From positions 289 through 64,288 of the forward strand of contig JAUNEG010000012.1 in assembly GCA_030525685.1 (NCBI GenBank): DNA of 64,000 bases, read 5' to 3'. Positions 58,415-64,000 of the stretch are shown here, one piece after another. The translations under genes and the position numbers were made by a program. The notes under the pieces were generated by a model. It ran no database searches and had not been told where the DNA came from. It worked only from the letters and a program-made list of their open reading frames with translations. This stretch comes from Atopobiaceae bacterium (GTDB lineage Bacteria; Actinomycetota; Coriobacteriia; Coriobacteriales; Atopobiaceae). Positions within the stretch are counted from its first letter, which is position 1, and each line of letters begins with the position of its first letter.

Positions 58415-59502
58415 GATTCCTCCCTTGTGAGCACCGAGAGCGCGTCGAGGAGGGCGTCGTTCTCCTCCCGCGTGCCCACGGTGAGCCTGAGACAGTCGTC
58501 GAGCCCCGGCGTGGAGCTGAAGTCGCGCACCAGGATCGAGTGCTCGTCGCGCAGCCGCTCCCACGTGCGGTGGGCGTTCGGCACGCGCACCAGCACGAAG
58601 TTGGCGGCAGACGGCCACACGCGCACGCCGGGCAGCGCGGAGAGGCCCGCGGCCAGCCGCTCCCGCTCGACCATGATGTTGGCCACGACGGGGGCGAGGA
58701 GCGCGCGGCGTCCCACGAAGGCGAGCGCGACCGCCTGTGCGAGCACGTCTACCGAGTATATCTGGCGCACGGCGCCGAGGGCGTCCACGACCTTGGGGTC
58801 CGCCACGAGATAGCCCACGCGCAGGCCCGCGAGGGCGAAGGCCTTGGAGAGCGTCCGCAGCACGATGAGGCGCGGGTTGCCCGGGACGAGCGGCGCGAGG
58901 CTCTCATCCTCGCCGGCGAACTCCACGTACGCCTCGTCCACGAGCACGAGCGCCTCGGTCTCCGCGAGCAGCCGCTCCACGAGCGCGCGGTCGACGAGGC
59001 CGCCCGTGGGGTTGTTCGGTGACGTGAGGATCACGAGGGCCGCGTCCGCCGCGACGGCGAGAAGACCCTCGGTGTCCACGGAGAAGTCCTCCGCGTCGCG
59101 CGGGACGACGACGACCGGCGTCTCGCACATCGCGGCGAAGTTGGCGTACTCGGCGAAGTCCGGCGGGCAGGTCACGACCGCGCGCCCGGGGCCGCCGAAG
59201 GCGAAGAGCAGGTTGAAGAGCAGCTCGTCCCCGCCGTTGCCCACGATCACGTGGGCGCGGTCCGTGCCGTGGCGCTCGGCCAGCGCGTCGCGCAGGGCGT
59301 TTGCCATGGGGTCGGGGTAGCGGTTGAGCGGCGTGGCGGGCACGGCCTCGCGCACGACCTCGGAGAGCTCCGCAGGCAGCGGGTGCGTGTTCTCGTTCGC
59401 GGAGAGGTTCACGCGCACGGGCGAGAAGCGCGGGTCGTAGGGCTCGAAGGTGCGCAGCGCGGGACGCAGGCGCGCCGTGGCGTCGAGGCACTTCTTTGCC
59501 AT
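58411..59502 (-). CDS. hisC: Histidinol-phosphate aminotransferase
   Basis: [29 protein letters not shown]. Confidence 0.95.
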   Translation of the reverse strand: MAKKCLDATARLRPALRTFEPYDPRFSPVRVNLSANENTHPLPAELSEVVREAVPATPLNRYPDPMANALRDALAERHGTDRAHVIVGNGGDELLFNLLFAFGGPGRAVVTCPPDFAEYANFAAMCETPVVVVPRDAEDFSVDTEGLLAVAADAALVILTSPNNPTGGLVDRALVERLLAETEALVLVDEAYVEFAGEDESLAPLVPGNPRLIVLRTLSKAFALAGLRVGYLVADPKVVDALGAVRQIYSVDVLAQAVALAFVGRRALLAPVVANIMVERERLAAGLSALPGVRVWPSAANFVLVRVPNAHRTWERLRDEHSILVRDFSSTPGLDDCLRLTVGTREENDALLDALSVLTREES

Positions 59503-59504
59503 GG

Positions 59505-60890
59505 CTAGCCCCTCCGCTCGAAGCCGGGCAGCGGGACGCCGGCCGGCGCGGGCAGCGCCTCCGGCCAGGCAACGCGTGCCACGTCGCGGACGTCGACCTC
59601 GGCACCCTCCGCGGCGCGACGGCGCAGGCCGACGGAGAGGGCGTGGGCCCAGAGGCCCTCGGCCTGGGCGATGGTCTGCGTGGCGGGGGCGTCCGCGAGC
59701 AGCCCCTCGGGCGTGTAGCAGATCACGCTCGAGCGCTTCTGGAAGTCGTAGACGCCGAGCGGGTTGGCCCAGCGCGCGGTGCCGCCCGTGGGCAGCGTGT
59801 GGTTGGGGCCGGCCACGTAGTCGCCCAGGGGCTCGGAGCTCCAGGGGCCCACGAAGATCGCGCCCGCGTTGCGCACGCGGCCGAGGAGCCCGAGCGCGTC
59901 CGCGCAGTGGAGCTCCAGGTGCTCGGGCGCGATCACGTTGATCGCGTCCACGGCGGCGTCGAGCGTGTCGCAGACCACGACCACGCCGCGGTCGTCCAGG
60001 CTCGCTCGGGTGATCTCCTCGCGCGGGCTCTGGGAGACGAGCAGCTCTACGGCCGCCTCGACGCGCTCGGCGAGCGCGGCGTAGCAGGTCACGAGGTAGC
60101 AGCTCGCCATCGGGTCGTGCTCGGCCTGGGCCATGAGGTCGGCGGCGACCACCTCGGGCGCGGCCGCGAGGTCCGCGAGCACGCAGACCTCGGAGGGGCC
60201 GGCCACCATGTCGATGCCCACGTCGCCGGAGACGTAGCGCTTGGCGGCGGCCACGTAGGCGTTGCCCGGCCCCACGATCTTCTCGACCGCCGGGATGGAC
60301 TCGGTACCGTAGGCCACTGCTCCGATCGCCTGGGCGCCGCCCACGGCGTAGACCTCGTCCACGCCCGCGAGCGCAGCGGCGGCGAGCGTGTAGGCGGAGA
60401 GCGTGCCGTCCGCCTGCGGCGGCGTGACCATGACCACGCGCTCCACGCCGGCGACCTTGGCAGGGATGGTGTCCATGAGGACCGTGGAGGGGTACTGCGC
60501 GCGGCCACCGGGCACGTAGACCGCGGCTGAGGCAACGGGCGTCACCTTCACGCCGAGCATCGTGCCGTCCGCGCGGGTGGTGAACCAGGACTGCTCGCGC
60601 TCGCGCTCGTGGAAGTCGCGGATCTGGTCGCGCGCCTGGGTGAGCGCGGCCAGAAACTCGGGCGGCACGAGGTCGAGCGCCCCGCGCACGAGCTCGTCCG
60701 GCACGCGGAAGTCCCGCGGGCACGCGCCGTCGAAGCGCAGGCAAAAGTCGCGCACCGCGGCGTCCCCGCGCTCGCGCACGTCGTCGACGATCTTCTCGGC
60801 CGCCGCCATGACCTCGGCGGGAAGGACCCCCGAGCGGTTGAGGTCAGCCTGCGTGAGGCGGGCTCCCCCTTCGAGCGTTACCGTCCTCAT
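59505..60890 (-). CDS. hisD: Histidinol dehydrogenase
   Basis: YVPGG, GPGNAYV, AGPSE, QAEHD, PEHLE, NHTLPT. Confidence 0.96.
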   Translation of the reverse strand: MRTVTLEGGARLTQADLNRSGVLPAEVMAAAEKIVDDVRERGDAAVRDFCLRFDGACPRDFRVPDELVRGALDLVPPEFLAALTQARDQIRDFHEREREQSWFTTRADGTMLGVKVTPVASAAVYVPGGRAQYPSTVLMDTIPAKVAGVERVVMVTPPQADGTLSAYTLAAAALAGVDEVYAVGGAQAIGAVAYGTESIPAVEKIVGPGNAYVAAAKRYVSGDVGIDMVAGPSEVCVLADLAAAPEVVAADLMAQAEHDPMASCYLVTCYAALAERVEAAVELLVSQSPREEITRASLDDRGVVVVCDTLDAAVDAINVIAPEHLELHCADALGLLGRVRNAGAIFVGPWSSEPLGDYVAGPNHTLPTGGTARWANPLGVYDFQKRSSVICYTPEGLLADAPATQTIAQAEGLWAHALSVGLRRRAAEGAEVDVRDVARVAWPEALPAPAGVPLPGFERRG

Positions 60891-62554
60891 GACGCACTCC
60901 CCTTCCCGACCTCGGCGAGACGAGCCGCGAGGTCGCGAATCCTCCTGTCGCAGCGATACGCCGCAGGCCCCGCGAAGAAGCGCGCCGAGCACTCCATGAT
61001 CTGGTCGACGACCACGAGGTCGTTCTCGGCGAGGGTGGTGCCGGTGGCGGTGATGTCCACGATGCGGTCCGTCATGCCCACGATCGGGCCCAGCTCGATG
61101 TTGCCGTGCAGCGTGACGATGTCCACCTGCTGGCCGATGGAGTCGTAGTAGCGCTGCGTGATGCGCGGGTACTTGGTGGCCACGCGCACCGTGCCGCGCC
61201 AGGCGTAGGCGCGCTCGGCCTCGCCCGCGCGGTCTGCCGGCTCCGCCACGACGAAGCGGCACGCCCCGTAGCCCATGTCCACGAGCTGCAGCAGGTCGAG
61301 GTCCGCCTCCACGAGCGAGTCCGTGCCGCAGAAGCCGCAGTCGGCGCCGCCGTGACCCACGAAGGCCGGGGCGTCCTGGGCGCGCACGATCACGTACTCG
61401 ACGTCACCCTCGCGCACCACGAGGCGGCGCCCGGGGTTCTCCAGCTCTGCCGTGGGAAGCCCCGCCGCGGCGAGCACGCGCACCGTGTCCTTGAAGAGCG
61501 ACCCCTTGGGCACCGCCACGCGCAGCGGACGCTCCGCCAGGCGCACGCCCGGCGTCACCACGCCGGACTCGCCCGGCTCGCCGAGCACTTCCTGCAGGCG
61601 CTCGAGCGAGAGCGCGAATCCGCAGGCCACGAGGTCCGGCCGACCGTAGTTGGCGAGGACCGCGTCGTAGCGTCCGCCCGAGGCGAGGCTCGCGGCGATG
61701 CCCTCGGCGTAGCCCTTGAAGATGATGCCGGTGTAGTAGTCGAACGAGTTGATGATCGAGAAGTCAAAGGAGACGCGGCCGGCCTCGAAGAGGTCGGCGA
61801 GCTCCTCAGCGAGCGCGGAGAGCTCGGCTGTGCCGCGCCGCGTCTCGGGCACGCCCGCGTCGGCGAGAAGCCCGTCGAGCCGTGCGATCACGTCGACGCC
61901 GCCGCCCATGCGGCAGGCCTCGGAGAGGGCGCGCGCGGCGGCGGGTGCGAGGTTCTTCTCGGCACCCAGCACCTCGTCGAGCGTGACGAGGTCCGAGTCG
62001 TGGACCAGCGTGCGCACGCGCTCGGAGAAGGCCGCGCTCGGCGAGCAGGCATCGAGCAGCGCCGTCACGGGCACCGGGGAGCCGAAGACGATGCGCCAGG
62101 CCGGCACCTCCAGCCGCTCGAGGGTCTCCGCGAGCAGGCGCACGACCTCGGCCTCCGACGCGATGCCGTCACGGGCCACGAGCTCGACGCCGAGCTGCGT
62201 GAACTGGCGCGGCTGGCCGCGCAGCGACGGCTCCTCGCGGACCACCGGGGCGCTGTAGCGCAGGCGGACGGGCAGGTCGGCCTCGCCCATGCGGCCGGCG
62301 ACGAGACGCGCCGCCGGCAGCGTGAGGTCGGGTCGCAGCGTGAGGAGGGTCTGGTCGGTGTCGAAGAGCTGGAAGGCGCTGTCCTTTATCCGGCCGCCCC
62401 GCTCGAGCGCGGACCGCTCCTCCAGAAGCGGCGTCTCCACCGGGAGGTAGCCGTGCTCCGAGAAGCACCCGCGCACCACGTCCTTGATGCGCTCGCGGGC
62501 GAGCGCCTCCCTCGGGAGGATGTCCCTGAAGCCACGGGGCGTTGCTGCCGTCAC
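60887..62554 (-). CDS. hisG: HisZ-HisG fusion ATP phosphoribosyltransferase
   Basis: N-terminal HisZ (PRGFRD, LRPDLT, YYTG, GGRYD) in frame with short HisG (AVPKG, VATKYP, IVDITATG). Confidence 0.9.
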   Translation of the reverse strand: MTAATPRGFRDILPREALARERIKDVVRGCFSEHGYLPVETPLLEERSALERGGRIKDSAFQLFDTDQTLLTLRPDLTLPAARLVAGRMGEADLPVRLRYSAPVVREEPSLRGQPRQFTQLGVELVARDGIASEAEVVRLLAETLERLEVPAWRIVFGSPVPVTALLDACSPSAAFSERVRTLVHDSDLVTLDEVLGAEKNLAPAAARALSEACRMGGGVDVIARLDGLLADAGVPETRRGTAELSALAEELADLFEAGRVSFDFSIINSFDYYTGIIFKGYAEGIAASLASGGRYDAVLANYGRPDLVACGFALSLERLQEVLGEPGESGVVTPGVRLAERPLRVAVPKGSLFKDTVRVLAAAGLPTAELENPGRRLVVREGDVEYVIVRAQDAPAFVGHGGADCGFCGTDSLVEADLDLLQLVDMGYGACRFVVAEPADRAGEAERAYAWRGTVRVATKYPRITQRYYDSIGQQVDIVTLHGNIELGPIVGMTDRIVDITATGTTLAENDLVVVDQIMECSARFFAGPAAYRCDRRIRDLAARLAEVGKGSAS

Positions 62555-62859
62555 GTCCGTTCCCTTCCTTCCGCGTCCCTCGCGTTCCGTGCCCCATCAC
62601 TTTATCACACTAAAGCGCTCGCGCAAGGACCGTCCGGTTTGTTCGCGATCGCACGCCGTCGTCGCCGTCTCCGCGCGGGGCGGGCCGGCGGGGGCCTCCC
62701 GCGGGCGAGAAGGACCCTCTCGCCGACAAACGATCGAACCATCCCGGCCGTACGGAGGTCGCGAGCTGCGACGTCAGACTGCCGTCAGCCACGCGTCGGA
62801 CAGCCGTCAGGGACGCCCTGCTACGCTGGCGCCCCCACATCCGAGAGAAGGGAGCAAGC

Positions 62860-63309
62860 ATGGCACTGAGCTGGGAAGAGGCGCGGGTGATCGTGACCTG
62901 TCGCGACCTGCGCGAGCTCGGGGAGGTGGCGAGCGACGCGATCGTCGTCACGCTCACGCCCGACGAGGCGCGCCAGGCCGAGTCGGCCGAGGCGGTCCGT
63001 AACCTCGTGCTCGACCGCACGATTGAGCGGCGTCGCCAGACGCTGAACGAGGTCTACGAGCTCGGGACCTCCCTGCCCGAGCCCACGTTCGAGGGGGAGG
63101 ACCTCGACGACGACGCGGCCGCCGCGGAGCGCGAGCTCCTGAAGAGCCTGCTCGAGCTCGAGGCGGAGCGCGGCGAGAGGGACGATGAGGACGACTGGGC
63201 GGGCTCGACGCTCGACCCCGTCGAGCACGGCCTCATGCTCGGTGGCGCCGCTGGCTCGGGCGTGCGCATCTTCATCGGCCGCGTGGAGGAGCTCGTGGTG
63301 AACAACTGA
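62860..63309 (+). CDS. Acidic hypothetical protein
   Basis: 149 aa, host-like codons, GGGAG RBS. Confidence 0.7.
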   Translation: MALSWEEARVIVTCRDLRELGEVASDAIVVTLTPDEARQAESAEAVRNLVLDRTIERRRQTLNEVYELGTSLPEPTFEGEDLDDDAAAAERELLKSLLELEAERGERDDEDDWAGSTLDPVEHGLMLGGAAGSGVRIFIGRVEELVVNN

Positions 63310-63404
63310 GCGGCGCGGCGGGCGGCGGTGACTCGCCGCCCGCCTAACTGCTTCTTGGCCTCCCCCTAGTTTTGTATAACGTTTCGTTTAACGGAAGGTG
63401 CGCC

Positions 63405-63660
63405 GTGAGGAAGGGCCTCATCCGGATCCATGAACGCATCCCCCGCCGACATCCGGAACTCTCGGCGACCGGCGTGCTGAAAGCATGGAGCAGCGCCTTC
63501 GTCGTCGCCGAGCGCGTCGGCGACGACCTGCCCCATCCCACGCTCGTCGCCCTTGGGCATGACGGGCGGGGAAGGGCTCTGGAGTTGATGGGAACCGTTC
63601 TGGAGGATGGGTCCGTCCTCGTTTTCCACGCCCAGACCCCTCCAGCGAAGTGCCCGAGCC
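63405..63660 (+). pseudogene. Orphan BrnT-like toxin gene or remnant
   Basis: IHERIPRRHPEL...LVALGHDGRGRALEL...VFHAQTPP resembles the 7730-7990 toxin; the frame runs on into ybaK; no antitoxin follows. Confidence 0.5.
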
Positions 63661-63759
63661 GGCGGTACGCGCCTTTGACGAGAAGGCCACCCGGAACGGG
63701 CAGACGCGCTCACAACGGCTGCGCCAGCTCATCGAGCGTGACCTCAACGAGGACGACGC

Positions 63760-64000
63760 CTAGCCCCGCACAATGTCGGCGAGGGTCGCCTCGCAGAAGC
63801 GGACGAGGTCGTCGGGGGCAAGCGTGAGGCTCACGCCGCGCCGGCCACCCGAGACGTGGATCTCGTCGAAGAGCTGGGCCGTCTCGTCGACCAGCGTGGG
63901 AAAGCGCCTCTTCATGCCGATGGGCGAGCAGCCGCCGCGAACGTAGCCGGTGACCGACTCGAGGTCGCGCACGTGCATCAGGCTGAGGCTCTTCTCGCCC
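63760..64000 (-). CDS. ybaK: Cys-tRNA(Pro) deacylase, C-terminal part (runs off the window edge)
   Basis: TGYVRGGCSPIGMK...SGGRRG. Confidence 0.9.
   Translation of the reverse strand, partial: GEKSLSLMHVRDLESVTGYVRGGCSPIGMKRRFPTLVDETAQLFDEIHVSGGRRGVSLTLAPDDLVRFCEATLADIVRG

Noticed and set aside
62555-62860. His attenuator leader peptide or T-box
   Set aside because: No His-codon-rich ORF or T-box motif found upstream of hisZG.

Overview
High-GC bacterial chromosome segment; codon style and gene content suggest Coriobacteriia (Atopobiaceae, Olsenella/Thermophilibacter-like), which is an inference. Most of the window is core genome: paaK, pfkA, feoAB, dxs, htrA, three tRNAs, a SpoIIE/STAS-kinase pair, an opp operon, secG-tpiA-pgk-gap, whiA-rapZ, nanE, uvrC, murJ, D-Asp ligase/racemase, the his operon with a hisZ-hisG fusion, and ybaK. 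The main accessory feature is a 12,385-bp plasmid-like element (5011-17403) with no recognisable integrase or relaxase and a nested structure. (1) It is bounded by an 8-bp direct repeat, GCGCAACG, that falls in the same reading frame at both ends, so circularisation would rejoin a split primase-type rep gene to its C-terminal HTH. (2) A 38/40-identical direct repeat (9661-9700 and 15526-15565) divides it into two putative plasmids of about 6.5 and 5.9 kb, each with one rep, one BrnT-like TA pair and one secreted-protein/membrane-protein cassette. (3) The intact rep is followed by a start-less tandem alternative 3' end encoding a divergent HTH between near-identical homology boxes, a possible origin-specificity swap cassette. 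Two families of about 235-240-bp intergenic elements with fixed motif spacing (about 41-42 bp) each occur twice in the core regions. All family assignments come from motif reading; no database searches were run.
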